This document shows, piece after piece, positions 48,488 through 58,936 of a stretch of DNA of 64,000 bases; within the stretch, counting starts at the first letter, position 1, and each line of letters opens with the position of its first letter. The stretch covers positions 352,001 through 416,000 of the forward strand of contig CAVSOU010000007.1 of NCBI GenBank assembly GCA_963729625.1, written 5' to 3'. Origin of the DNA: an uncultured bacterium. GTDB taxonomy: Bacteria > Chloroflexota > UBA5177 > JANWHV01. The notes under the pieces are model-generated. The model was not told the origin of the DNA, searched no databases, and was given only the letters and a program-made list of their open reading frames with translations. A program made the translations under genes and the position numbers.

Positions 48488-48577
48488 CCCGCTAGCCCGC
48501 CCGTGGGTTGCCCAGGCGAGTGGGCGGCACGCATTTTGTAACGCTTGCGTCGTGAAGCGATGCTTGCATCGATGCGC

Positions 48578-51500
48578 CTATCCGGCCAGTTCGATCCGCG
48601 GGGCACGCACCGAGAAGTAGCGTGCCTGCGGATGGTGGGCGATAATCGCCACCGTGGATTGCTCTGGAACGAGTTGAAAAGCCGTGGTAAGGCTGACACC
48701 GACATCTGCCGCGGGCAGCAGGCCAAACACTTTCGTGTGGTCAGCCAGATCGGGACAGGCCGGGTAGCCCCACGAGTACCGTTTGCCCTGGTTCGGCTTC
48801 AGTCCAAGCTCGCTTCGGATATGGCGGTGCACATACTCCGCCAGTGCCTCTGCCGTCTCCACGCTCAGGCCATGCGTGTAATAGGCGTCCGCGTAGTCAC
48901 CGGCGGCGCGCAGCACATCCCCGAAGTCGGTCGCCTCTTCGCCAACCGTCACCAGCTGGAACGCCACGACGTCGGGTAGCAATGGATCGGAGCCAAAGTA
49001 GTCGCTGATGCAAAGGTGCTGCTCGTCACTCTGCCGAGGGAACGAGAAACGCTCGATCACGGTCGCCCGATCAGTCGGGGAGAGCACTACCAGGTCGTCT
49101 CCGGCACGGTAGCACGGGAAATAGCCATAGACGGCGCGCGCGCGCATCCACCCTTTCTCCACAGCTTCGCGTTCCATACGGCGCAGCCGCGGCATAAAGT
49201 CGTCCTTAAGCAGGCGGGTCCATTCCGGACCATTCGTGTTCTTGGCGCCCCATGAGAGCCTGAAGAGCGAGCGCAGCGCCAGGTGCTTGTACACGCGCGT
49301 GAGATCGATGTCGTGAAGGCATCTGCATCCCCAGAATGGCGGCGCAGGCGCAGGAACCGAATTCACAGCCGGCATCACCGCGGCTGCGGCGGTTGGTCGT
49401 GGGGTAATTGGGCGGTTGATGGACTGCGGAGGTTGCTGCGCGTCGGCGTGAACACGCGCCACTATCGCCGCGCGGCGCACCGGATCCTGCAGTGCATCCA
49501 TCACCTCGAGCCCCTCGAAGGCATCCTTACAGTAGAACACGCCCGGGCCGTACGGCGTCTTTCCGTCCGGAATCGCCACCCTGCGGCCAAACTCCCGGTT
49601 GATTGCGGCTCCGCCAATCAGCACCGGATAGCGCAGTCCGCGGTGGACAAGCTCTTGGACACAGAGCGCCATCTGCTTCGAGGTAGATACAAGCAGTGCC
49701 GAGAGGCCGATCGCGCCGGCGCCAACCTCTTCGGCTTTGTCCAGGATCACATTAACCGGCACTTGCTTGCCAAGATCGTGCACGACGTAGCCGTTATTCG
49801 CGAGGATTGTGCCGACCAGATTCTTGCCGATGTCGTGCACGTCGCCGAACACGGTGGCGAGCACGACCGACCCCTTGCTGTAGCCTTCCTTCTTTTCGAG
49901 GAAGTTCTCCAGGTAGGCCACGGCGCGCTTCATTACTTCTGCGCTTTGCAGGACAAACGGCAGAATCAACTCGCCGGCCCCGAATTTGTCGCCGACGTCC
50001 TTCATTGCCGGAAGGAGCACCCCGTTCAGAACCTCGACGGGACCGTGGCGTGTCAACGCTTCGTCGATAAGCGATTCGATGCCATCCTTCTTCCGATGCA
50101 AGATCTGGAAGTGAATGCGCTGCTCCGCGCCCATTCCTTCAACGGGATCGCTGGCCTGCTCCTGTTGCGACGGGGCCGCACTCTGGAAATACTCGATCAG
50201 GCGCGAGAGCGCGTCTGGCCGCCGATCGAACACGAGATCGTCGGCAAGTTGCCGCTGCTCACCCGGGATCTCGGCGTACGGAAGCACGTCTTTGGGATTG
50301 ACGATCGCGAGGTCAAGGCCCGCCTCAACGGCATGAAAGAGGAATACGCTGTTCAGCACGGCCCTTGCGTGGGGCATGAGCCCGAAGGAGACGTTGCTCA
50401 CGCCAAGGATGGTGAGCACTCCGGGCAGTGCTGCCTTGATCATTCGAATGCCTTCGAGCGTCTCGATGGCGGAACGCTTCCACTCATCCTCGCCCGTAGA
50501 CAGCACGAACGTCAGTGCGTCAAAGACCAGGTCCTCCGCGCGGAGGCCGAATTCTTCGACAGCGATCTGGTAGATACGTCGTGCAACGTCGAGCTTTCGT
50601 TTGGACGTTCTTGCCATGCCGGTTTCGTCGATGGTCAGCGCCACCACCGCGGCGCCGTGCGCTCTGGCCAGCGGCAACACAGTCTCGATCCGCTGGCGAC
50701 CGTTCTCCATGTTGATGGAGTTGATCAGCGCACGACCGGGATACTGCTCCAACGCAGCGTGAATCACGCTCGCCTCGGTGCTGTCGATCACCAATGGCGC
50801 CTCGACACCGGTTGACAATCGCTTCACCAGCTTCCGCATCACGACGGCCTCGTCGGCACGCTCCGTCACCGCGACCTGCACGTCCAGCGTATGAGCGCCG
50901 CCCTCCACCTGCTGCCGCGCGATAGCCAGAAGGCCCTCGTAGTCCTCGGCCAGCACCAGTCGCTTGACTGCCCGGCTACCCTGAGCATTCACCCGCTCGC
51001 CGATTATCAGGGGAGGCGGCACCTGATGCAACTCTACGGCCCGGATAGCGCCGGCCAGCATCGGCACGTGCCGGCGCGGCAGAGCCTTTGGCGGGCGATT
51101 GCCCACGCGCTCCACGACCAGCCGTAAGTGTTCGGGTGTAGTACCGCAGCAACCGCCGACGACGTTAACGCCAAACTCCTCGACAAACTCCACGAGCGCG
51201 GCAGCCATCGGCTCCGGCTTCATTGGATACACGGCTTTGCCGCCAACGTTGAGTGGCAAGCCGGCGTTGGGAATCACTGAGATCGGCTTGGTGCAGTATT
51301 CCGTGAGATAGCGGACCGGTTCGCGCATGTGGTCTGGACCGGTGCTGCAGTTCAGCCCGATCACATCCGCGTCCATAGCTTCCATGATCACCATGGAGGC
51401 GCCGACGTCAGTGCCCATCAGCATGCGGCCGCTCGTGTCCAGCGTCACCTGCGTCTGAATCGCCACCGCACGTCCGGACGCCTGTATGGCGGCGCGAGCG

Positions 51501-52036
51501 CCGGCAACCGCCGCCTTCAGCTCGAGGATGTCCTGAGAGGTTTCGACGATCAGGAGGTCGACGCCGCCTTCGACAAGTGCTGAGGCCTGCTCGCGATAGA
51601 TCTCGGCCAGGTCGCCAAACGTCATGATGCCAAGCATCGGATCATCGCTGGACGGCAGCATACCCGTCGGACCCATGGATCCGGCGACGAACCGCGGCCT
51701 CTCGGGCGTAGAAAACTCGTCCGCCACCGACCGCGCCAGCCGGGCCGCGGCCAGATTTATCTCGTGCGTTCTGTCGCCCAGGCCATACTCGTTTAACCGA
51801 AGGCGCGTGGCGTTGAATGTGTCGGTCTCAATAACGTCACATCCGACGGCCAGGAAGGACGCGTGGATAGTCCGGATTACGTCAGGCCGCGTGACCACGA
51901 GAACATCATTACAGCCCTCTTTACCGCCAAAATCGTCGGCGTTAAGGTCGAGAGACTGGATCGAGGTGCCCATTGCCCCATCGAAGACCAGAACGCGCGC
52001 GTCGAGAGCCAAGAGATACGGTGGCCTTTGGCCCAT
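48578..52036 (-). CDS. metH: Cobalamin-dependent methionine synthase
   Basis: DGAMGT, GLNC, GGCCG, IIGERVN, GDVHDIGKN, RYSWGYPACPD, PEQST. Confidence 0.96.
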   Translation of the reverse strand: MGQRPPYLLALDARVLVFDGAMGTSIQSLDLNADDFGGKEGCNDVLVVTRPDVIRTIHASFLAVGCDVIETDTFNATRLRLNEYGLGDRTHEINLAAARLARSVADEFSTPERPRFVAGSMGPTGMLPSSDDPMLGIMTFGDLAEIYREQASALVEGGVDLLIVETSQDILELKAAVAGARAAIQASGRAVAIQTQVTLDTSGRMLMGTDVGASMVIMEAMDADVIGLNCSTGPDHMREPVRYLTEYCTKPISVIPNAGLPLNVGGKAVYPMKPEPMAAALVEFVEEFGVNVVGGCCGTTPEHLRLVVERVGNRPPKALPRRHVPMLAGAIRAVELHQVPPPLIIGERVNAQGSRAVKRLVLAEDYEGLLAIARQQVEGGAHTLDVQVAVTERADEAVVMRKLVKRLSTGVEAPLVIDSTEASVIHAALEQYPGRALINSINMENGRQRIETVLPLARAHGAAVVALTIDETGMARTSKRKLDVARRIYQIAVEEFGLRAEDLVFDALTFVLSTGEDEWKRSAIETLEGIRMIKAALPGVLTILGVSNVSFGLMPHARAVLNSVFLFHAVEAGLDLAIVNPKDVLPYAEIPGEQRQLADDLVFDRRPDALSRLIEYFQSAAPSQQEQASDPVEGMGAEQRIHFQILHRKKDGIESLIDEALTRHGPVEVLNGVLLPAMKDVGDKFGAGELILPFVLQSAEVMKRAVAYLENFLEKKEGYSKGSVVLATVFGDVHDIGKNLVGTILANNGYVVHDLGKQVPVNVILDKAEEVGAGAIGLSALLVSTSKQMALCVQELVHRGLRYPVLIGGAAINREFGRRVAIPDGKTPYGPGVFYCKDAFEGLEVMDALQDPVRRAAIVARVHADAQQPPQSINRPITPRPTAAAAVMPAVNSVPAPAPPFWGCRCLHDIDLTRVYKHLALRSLFRLSWGAKNTNGPEWTRLLKDDFMPRLRRMEREAVEKGWMRARAVYGYFPCYRAGDDLVVLSPTDRATVIERFSFPRQSDEQHLCISDYFGSDPLLPDVVAFQLVTVGEEATDFGDVLRAAGDYADAYYTHGLSVETAEALAEYVHRHIRSELGLKPNQGKRYSWGYPACPDLADHTKVFGLLPAADVGVSLTTAFQLVPEQSTVAIIAHHPQARYFSVRAPRIELAG

Positions 52037-52501
52037 CAGCTATCCTCTGAGTGATTGAACCGGAAGCTCAACACTGTCGCGGAGCTTTCGCGATAGCGCT
52101 GCATGCACCGTTCGCGGGCCCGAGACCGGAAGTCTCCTGCAATCGCTTCGCACGTTCGATCATACCAGCTTGTGCTGGCAGCGATACGCACCCTTGCAGG
52201 GCAAACACGCCGCACGAGGCGGCTCCGCCCGTAGACATGCCTCCGGCCGGGATGATCGGACAGGCGATTCTCCGATTCAATGCCATGATCGGTTATGCCC
52301 GCAAGCATGGTGAGCGCTACGACGATTTGCTCCGAGCGGCGCGAGAGTGGATGATTCACTTGCCGGATTCCGAACTTTCGCGTACATCGGATTGCGGACC
52401 GACGCCGGCCAGGAAGATAGGCTCACGACGCGATGCTGGCTTGCCCGCGTAGACTGAAGAAGGCGATTCATGAATAGCCGCGGAAGAACAGGGGTTATCA
52501 G

Positions 52502-53443
52502 GTGGAATATCGCAGAGCAGGAGCGTCAGGCCTGAAGGTCTCCGCAGTTGGACTTGGCACGAACAACTTTGGCGGGCGCACAGACGAGGTGCGTTCGATT
52601 TGCGTGATCGAGCGGGCGCTCGACGCCGGAATCACGACAATCGACACGGCTGACATTTACAGTCAGGGTCGTTCAGAAGAGATCGTCGGGCGTGCGTTGC
52701 GTGGCAAGCGTCACCGTGCTGAGATTCTGACCAAGGTGCACGGCGCAATGGGCCCGGGACCCCACGACCAGGGATCCAGCCGGGCGCACATCATGCTGGC
52801 CTGCGACGATAGCCTTCGCCGCCTGCAGACCGACTACATCGACCTGTATCAACTCCACAGCTGGGACCCTGACACGCCGATCGAGGAGACGATGCGAGCT
52901 CTGGACGATCTTGTGCGAGCTGGAAAGGTTCGCTACATCGGCTGCTCGAACTTCGCCGCATGGCAGATGATGTGGGGCATGTGGACAAGCGATCGCAGGG
53001 GCTACGCGTCCTTCGTAACCGTGCAGCCGCACTACAACCTTTTTGAACGCTCAGTCGAGGCCGAGCTCCTGCCCGCCTGTATGGCCTTCGGAATCGGTGT
53101 CATACCGTATTTCCCTCTTGCGGGCGGCCTTCTCACAGGCAAGTACAGCTCTGCATCCGACGTGCCCGCGGGTACCCGCTACCACGGGAACGAACGCTGG
53201 ATGAAGGAGCTCACAGACGAGAAACTGCACGTAGTGGCAGGATTGAGACAACTTGCCGCGAGCCAGGGCAAGACGGTCGGCCAGCTGGCGATCGCCTGGC
53301 TGTTGGCTCAGGCTTCAGTGTGCACGGTAATCGCTGGAGCCACCGGACCGGAGCAGATCGACGAGAATGCCGGCGCAGCGGGCTGGACGCTCGACGCGTC
53401 AGTCCTCGCGCAGGTCGCTGAAATCGCATGCCAGTCTGCGTAG
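52502..53443 (+). CDS. Aldo/keto reductase
   Basis: GLGT, IDTADIY, TK, DYIDLYQLH, IGCSN, PLAGGLLTGKY. Confidence 0.92.
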   Translation: MEYRRAGASGLKVSAVGLGTNNFGGRTDEVRSICVIERALDAGITTIDTADIYSQGRSEEIVGRALRGKRHRAEILTKVHGAMGPGPHDQGSSRAHIMLACDDSLRRLQTDYIDLYQLHSWDPDTPIEETMRALDDLVRAGKVRYIGCSNFAAWQMMWGMWTSDRRGYASFVTVQPHYNLFERSVEAELLPACMAFGIGVIPYFPLAGGLLTGKYSSASDVPAGTRYHGNERWMKELTDEKLHVVAGLRQLAASQGKTVGQLAIAWLLAQASVCTVIAGATGPEQIDENAGAAGWTLDASVLAQVAEIACQSA

Positions 53444-54069
53444 CGAACTCCAGGGCCGCGCTTCGCCCGGAGCTCTTCAGCTTTGCGTGCCTGCTCCTTC
53501 GCATCCGCCAAACGACCGACTTGCAAGTACAGGATGCTTAGGTCTCGGCGCAGCTTGGAGTTGGTCGGGTCTCGGGCTATGTCGAATTCGAGCTCACCGA
53601 TCTGGTTGGCCTGTGTTCGCGGTAGTGCGATCTGTCCAAAGCTCCTCGTGGGACCTGGGAGCGATTCGAAGTCGCTGGCGGCGAAGGAACCCGCTTGCGA
53701 CGGAGCGTCCGCGTAACCGACATCGCCGGAACCATTTGAGACCTGCGCCGCTTCCTGATCTCGGCTCAGCTTTTCGAGCACCTTGCCGCGAAGCACGGAG
53801 AACGACCCGTCGTGTGGACTGAGCTGTATCGCAGCGTCTATTTCTTTCAAGGCATCGTCGAACTCGCCCAGGTGCGTCAACACCATGCACAGCTGGGCCC
53901 TCAGGGATGCACTCTCAGTCGCCAGGCCGACCGCCATCTTGAGATCGACCTTAGCTAATCGAAACTCGTTCCTTTGCATATGCTCGGCAGCAGATTGCTC
54001 GAGCTCGCGGGCCTTGTCAAGGCGATCTGAGGTTTCGACCGCTGGTCGAAACCGGCTGAAGACGCCCAT
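53308..54069 (-). CDS. Tetratricopeptide-repeat protein
   Basis: TPR-like helices (LG.F.DA.....AAI.L.P; L..LY...GR..DA); GGAGAGG RBS before ATG 54069. The 3' end overlaps the convergent AKR. Confidence 0.65.
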   Translation of the reverse strand: MGVFSRFRPAVETSDRLDKARELEQSAAEHMQRNEFRLAKVDLKMAVGLATESASLRAQLCMVLTHLGEFDDALKEIDAAIQLSPHDGSFSVLRGKVLEKLSRDQEAAQVSNGSGDVGYADAPSQAGSFAASDFESLPGPTRSFGQIALPRTQANQIGELEFDIARDPTNSKLRRDLSILYLQVGRLADAKEQARKAEELRAKRGPGVRYADWHAISATCARTDASSVQPAAPAFSSICSGPVAPAITVHTEA

Positions 54070-54698
54070 ACTACAACCTCTCCACTGGAACGAGCAATGC
54101 GCGTCCAATTTCAGTTTGGTCTAGTAGAGATCTCCTCACATGTCTCACTCGCGGTCAAGTACCCATTCAGCGTACAAACGACCTTAATTCGCTCTCCGAC
54201 TGCCTGGCTCACGTGGGTCTTCCAGCCTCGTCGCAGGCCCGCGCGGGACAGTTTGCTTCCATCTTCTATTCGGCAAAGCGATCGTAGCACTGCTGTCGAG
54301 CAGTTAGAGCCGGAGCTCGAGCGTGCTATGATCCCCCAAACGGACAGCGTTGCTCCGCGCCAGAGGAATGCCGTGCGAGAGCACGTAGACGCGCGTGCCA
54401 GAACAACGCTAGGCGACGGCTTCGTGACAACGCCGCGCCGATACTGTGTGCCGTTCATCGACTGTGATGCGCGGCGAAACTAGATGCGGATCGGACCGCC
54501 CGTGGCAGAGCACACGTCATTCGGAAAGATGCTCCTATGCTCGCTCGCTCAGAGTCGCGTGCTCGAAGTGAGAATGCTGCGCGCCGCGGCACTGTGCAGC
54601 GTCCTCGCGGCGGCATGCGCTCCGCACTCCTCCAGCAGCTTGCGCCTTCCACGTCGTAACGCCATCAATATGGTAGAACTCCAATGAAAGGTACGGCC

Positions 54699-55349
54699 AT
54701 GCAGCACACAGAACGCACTTCTATCAGCCAACATGCGGAGCGCGCGGCCCATGACACCGACACGATCTTCAGCATCCTGGATGCCGGGGTCGTGTGCCAC
54801 GTCGGATTCATTCACGACGGGCTTCCGTTTGTCCTTCCCATGAACTACGGCCGCTCGAACGACACGATCTACCTGCATGGTTCGCCTCAGAGCCGGATGA
54901 TGCGCGTCCTCGCCGGCGGCGCACCGGTGTGCATCACCGCTACCCACCTCGACGGCCTGGTGCTTGCGAGGTCAACATGTAGTCACTCGGCCAATTTTCG
55001 ATCGGTCGTTATCCTCGGACGCGGAAGGCTGGTAACCGGCAAGGACGAAAAGGAAGAGGCCCTGCGCGTCATCGTTGAGCAGGTTATACCGGGACGATCG
55101 GCTGAGGCGCGCAGCCCGAGTGCGAAAGAGTTGCAGGGCACTATGGTCATCGCCGTGAAGATTGAAGAGGCCTCCGCAAAAATACGGAGCGGAGGCCCAA
55201 AGGATTCGCCGGCGGACCGCGCACTTGAAGTATGGGCCGGAGTCCTGCCGCTCTCAATCGTGCCAGGTGTGCCCGTGCCCGACTCTGACCTTGCGTCGCA
55301 TCTCGCGTTGCCGGAGTACGTCGCAAACTACCGTCGCGCACCACAGTAA
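54699..55349 (+). CDS. Pyridoxamine 5'-phosphate oxidase-like / NimA-family flavin-binding protein
   Basis: ILD...CHVG, P.V.P, YLHGS, DGLVLARS..HSANFRSV, SAK.R.G.P, WAGVLP. Confidence 0.88.
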   Translation: MQHTERTSISQHAERAAHDTDTIFSILDAGVVCHVGFIHDGLPFVLPMNYGRSNDTIYLHGSPQSRMMRVLAGGAPVCITATHLDGLVLARSTCSHSANFRSVVILGRGRLVTGKDEKEEALRVIVEQVIPGRSAEARSPSAKELQGTMVIAVKIEEASAKIRSGGPKDSPADRALEVWAGVLPLSIVPGVPVPDSDLASHLALPEYVANYRRAPQ

Positions 55350-55521
55350 CGCGTCAGGACGCCCCCGAACGCTCCGCCCGTCGTTGCAACGTGGCGATTC
55401 GGAAGCCCTGCGACGCGCATTCGCGGGCTTCGGCCGCGCTGTGTCCGCCCTGCCGGACCGCGCGACGCGGCAGGGCTGACATAATTGTTGGCCGGAGCCG
55501 CCTAGCGAGCTCCATGTGCCC

Positions 55522-55548
55522 TAAAGTTCGCACGAGTGTTGCCGATAC
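55522..55548 (+). promoter_or_regulatory. Sigma28 (FliA/SigD)-type promoter
   Basis: TAAAGTTC-N11-GCCGATAC versus consensus TAAAGTTT-N11-GCCGATAA; about 210 bp upstream of the chemoreceptor gene. Confidence 0.75.
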
Positions 55549-55757
55549 TACTGCTGGTAGACTCGTTCACTCTAGTTGGCCAACGCGAGGCTCGTGGGCT
55601 GGGGATTGGCGTCTGGTTGCCAGACGCGGGCTTTCGATGCGTGCCTTGCACGATATCGTACTGCGGATAGTGCAATCACCTGGTCGAGAAGGCGGCGGCG
55701 GCAGGGTTACATGTGAAGCTTGCCGCACGTCGAGCGAGCAGAAAGGAAGTCCGGACC

Positions 55758-57821
55758 ATGGGTTGGCTCGAGAACCTCAGGCTCACGCCAAAGCTGCTGG
55801 GTAGCTTCGTTGTGATGGCGCTGCTGACAGTATCCGTGGGCGCCGCCGGCTTCCTCGGGATCACCAGCGTGAACAATCAAACGCAGAGCATCAGGGATTC
55901 TGCGGCGCCGGCGCTCATCGACCTGCTGTCCATACACGACAATATCAACTGGGAGATGCGCGCAACGCGCGGTGAGATTCTGGCATCGACGCCTGCCAAG
56001 ATCGCCGACGTCAGCGGCGACGCCGAGGCCGCGCGCGCGAACATACGCAGCTACTTGAGCAAATACAAGACGCTGGCCATCGGGAGTGCGGCAGATGCCG
56101 CCGCCCTGGCGCGCATGGACAAGAATCTCACTGCCTTCCTTACCCGCAGCGAAGACGTGCAGCGCATCGCAGCCGCGAACACGCCTGCCGGAGACGCGGC
56201 CGCTACCACGTTGACGCTTGGGCCCCAAGCAGACGCCATAGACGCGATCGATCCGGACATGCAGTCCCTTTTGGCAAGTGCGCAGCAGGCGCTCGATTCC
56301 GCTGGTGCGGGCGCGAACTCCACCTACCACCTTTCGCTGCTGCTGTTAGTTCTGGCGATTCTCGCCTCGGTGATTCTGTCAGTAGGAGCGGGCTTGCTAC
56401 TGTCACGGTCGATCGCGCGTGGCGTTCGCGCCGTACAGTCCGTTCTCGGCTCGCTGACCGACCGGTACGCGACGGCGCTCGACGAGGCGATGGAAGCGTT
56501 GGCGAATAACGACCTGACTGTCGCGATCGAACCCAGCACCAAGCCGATTCCACGCTACGGGCGGGACGAGATAGGTCAGACCGCGGAGATCACCAATATC
56601 CTGCTCAAGAAGGTTCAATCGGTGGTAACGAGCTACGAGTCCGCTCGGACAGGGCTGCAGCAGACCATTCGGGAAGTAGCACAATCGTCGGATCACGTCA
56701 CGTCCGGCGCGGCCCGCCTGGCGCAAGCTACGGAGCAGGTCGGGCAGGCCAGCACGCAGATTGCACGCGCGATCGAGGAAGTGGCCCGCGGTACCGGTGA
56801 GCAGAGCAGAGAGGGCGGTCAGGTGATCGCCAGGATGGGCGGTCTCACGGCGCAAGTGCAGCAGGTTGCATCTGGCGCCGAGGCACAACGGCAGGCGATT
56901 GCCGAGGCAGTCGAGGCAATTGCACGCTTACGCGACGCACTGGCCGACACGACGCGGAGCGTGGAAGCAGTCAGCGACGCCGCGGGCCGGGCGTCCAACA
57001 CGGCAAAAGACGGCGGTGACGCCGTCGCTCAGACGATCAGCAGCATCCATGGAGTACGTGCAGCGGTGGACAAGAGTTCCCAGCAAGTCACGGCCCTGGG
57101 CAAGCGCAGCCAGGAGATCAGCGAAATCGTGGAAGCAATCGACGACATCGCTTCGCAGACTAACCTTCTGGCGTTGAACGCCGCCATAGAGGCGGCTCGG
57201 GCCGGCGAACATGGCCGGGGGTTCACGGTAGTGGCGGCCGAGGTGCGAAAGTTGGCGGAGCGCGCCAGTAGCGAGACCCGCCAGATCACGCAGCGCATCA
57301 CGGCGATTCAGCAACAGGTGGCGGACGTTGTCCAGGCCATGGAGATCGGAAGGGACGAAGTTGAGAAGAGCGAAACCCTTGGCAGGCGCGCGGAAGACGC
57401 CCTGCACAGCATCCTCGCAGTAGTCGAAGAAACGCATGCGCAGGCCGATGCCATCGCCGACACGGTGAAGCGGATGAGTACCGGTGTCGCCGCCGTCAGC
57501 GCGACATCGGACCGCGTTGCCGTGATCGCCGGGGAGACCGCGCAAGCCGCCAACCAGATGCGCCAGGGGGCCGAGCAGGTTCAGGGCGCCGTAGAGAGCA
57601 TCAGTGCGGTAAGCGAAGAGACGGCCGCGGGCGCGGAAGAAGTCAGCGCGTCGACCGAGGAGCAGACTGAGGGCGTGCAGGCAATTAGCAGGGAAGCGCA
57701 AGAGCTCGCCGCACTCGCTCTGGGGCTCAAAGAGGTTGTTGGCCGATTCAACCTGAAGAACGAGGAACCCGCTCGCCGCGATCAGGCTCCGTCCCGACTG
57801 CGCATCGCGCGCATCGTCTGA
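55758..57821 (+). CDS. Methyl-accepting chemotaxis protein (4HB sensor, HAMP, long signalling domain)
   Basis: Two TM helices, DEIG HAMP motif, [35 protein letters not shown]; start ATG 55758. Confidence 0.94.
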   Translation: MGWLENLRLTPKLLGSFVVMALLTVSVGAAGFLGITSVNNQTQSIRDSAAPALIDLLSIHDNINWEMRATRGEILASTPAKIADVSGDAEAARANIRSYLSKYKTLAIGSAADAAALARMDKNLTAFLTRSEDVQRIAAANTPAGDAAATTLTLGPQADAIDAIDPDMQSLLASAQQALDSAGAGANSTYHLSLLLLVLAILASVILSVGAGLLLSRSIARGVRAVQSVLGSLTDRYATALDEAMEALANNDLTVAIEPSTKPIPRYGRDEIGQTAEITNILLKKVQSVVTSYESARTGLQQTIREVAQSSDHVTSGAARLAQATEQVGQASTQIARAIEEVARGTGEQSREGGQVIARMGGLTAQVQQVASGAEAQRQAIAEAVEAIARLRDALADTTRSVEAVSDAAGRASNTAKDGGDAVAQTISSIHGVRAAVDKSSQQVTALGKRSQEISEIVEAIDDIASQTNLLALNAAIEAARAGEHGRGFTVVAAEVRKLAERASSETRQITQRITAIQQQVADVVQAMEIGRDEVEKSETLGRRAEDALHSILAVVEETHAQADAIADTVKRMSTGVAAVSATSDRVAVIAGETAQAANQMRQGAEQVQGAVESISAVSEETAAGAEEVSASTEEQTEGVQAISREAQELAALALGLKEVVGRFNLKNEEPARRDQAPSRLRIARIV

Positions 57822-57954
57822 CCGGACGCGCTGCCCAAGAATCGTGACCGCCGCGCCTACAGTAGAAAGCAGACGCGGCAAGCGCGCGACTCCTGGCGCT
57901 CAACGAGCGTTGATCCTTGCTCGTGGTCTGTGACACCCAGGACGTGCTATCTAT

Positions 57955-57983
57955 TTGACTTGTCAACTACTGACGTGTAAGTT
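57955..57983 (+). promoter_or_regulatory. Sigma70-type promoter with overlapping inverted repeat, upstream of the VOC gene
   Basis: TTGACT-N17-TAAGTT; the TTGAC-TT-GTCAA palindrome overlaps the -35. Confidence 0.5.
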
Positions 57984-58043
57984 AATTGTGAGGGAACCGG
58001 ATCGCGAAGTATCGGGCGACAGACTCAAGCACGGAGACAGCTC

Positions 58044-58934
58044 ATGGGAAATCAAGCACAGACCGCAGCAAGCGCATCTATCGATTCGCGCACCAGCGTG
58101 GGCCAGGTCACTCTGGCCGTCGCCGATCTCGACCGCAGCATAGCGTTCTATAGCGCGGGATTCGGCTTCGCCGTTCAGTCGCGGGCAGGCAATCAGGCAT
58201 CACTTGGCGCCGGAGACGCAACGTTGCTCCACTTGATCGAGGAGCAGAGTGCGCGACCTTGGCCGGGACGCTACACCGGACTCTACCATTTTGCGGTGCT
58301 TGTGCCCACTCGTGCCGACCTCGGTCGCTGGCTGCGGCACTGGTTGGAGGCAGGCCATCCACTTCCGGGCCAAGGAGATCACCTCGTAAGCGAGGCTCTG
58401 TATCTCTCGGACCCCGATGACAACGGCATCGAGATCTACCGCGATCGCCCGCGAAGCGACTGGACATGGCAGAACGGACGGGTACGCATGGCGACCGACC
58501 CTGTGGACATTCGGGCAGTGCTTGCCGCCGGCGACGCGATCGATCTGCCGTGGAGTGGCTTGCCAAACGGAACTCGAGTCGGCCACATGCATCTCCAGGT
58601 AGGAGACATTTCGCAGGCCGCGGATTTCTACCACGACGTGCTCGGGTTCGACATCGTTGCGCGAATCCCCAGCGCGCTCTTCGTCTCAGCAGGCGGCTAC
58701 CACCACCATATTGGTATGAACACGTGGCACACCCAGGGTGCATCGGCCGCTCCGGCCGGCTTCGCCGGCCTGCGACAGTTCACCATCGACTTTGCCGACG
58801 ACGCGACGCGGTCAGCAGTAATCGAGCGGTTGCAGGCCGCGGGCCATGCGGCATCGATACAGGACGGAGAGGCAATTATCCAGGACCCGTGGCACAACAC
58901 AATCCGCCTGCGACTTGACCCGCGGCCGGCATGA
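58044..58934 (+). CDS. VOC-family ring-cleaving dioxygenase (CatE-like)
   Basis: GLYHFA, DHLVSEALYL.DPD.NGIE.Y, GHMHL, GGYHHHIG.NTW. Confidence 0.88.
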   Translation: MGNQAQTAASASIDSRTSVGQVTLAVADLDRSIAFYSAGFGFAVQSRAGNQASLGAGDATLLHLIEEQSARPWPGRYTGLYHFAVLVPTRADLGRWLRHWLEAGHPLPGQGDHLVSEALYLSDPDDNGIEIYRDRPRSDWTWQNGRVRMATDPVDIRAVLAAGDAIDLPWSGLPNGTRVGHMHLQVGDISQAADFYHDVLGFDIVARIPSALFVSAGGYHHHIGMNTWHTQGASAAPAGFAGLRQFTIDFADDATRSAVIERLQAAGHAASIQDGEAIIQDPWHNTIRLRLDPRPA

Positions 58935-58936
58935 CG

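Noticed and set aside
52037-52501. SAM/SAH/cobalamin riboswitch upstream of metH
   Set aside because: I could not find the conserved core motifs on the minus strand. An Rfam cmscan would be decisive.
54110-54683. ncRNA or small gene in the 570-bp TPR/PNPOx spacer
   Set aside because: No recognisable RNA family, convincing RBS or protein motif.
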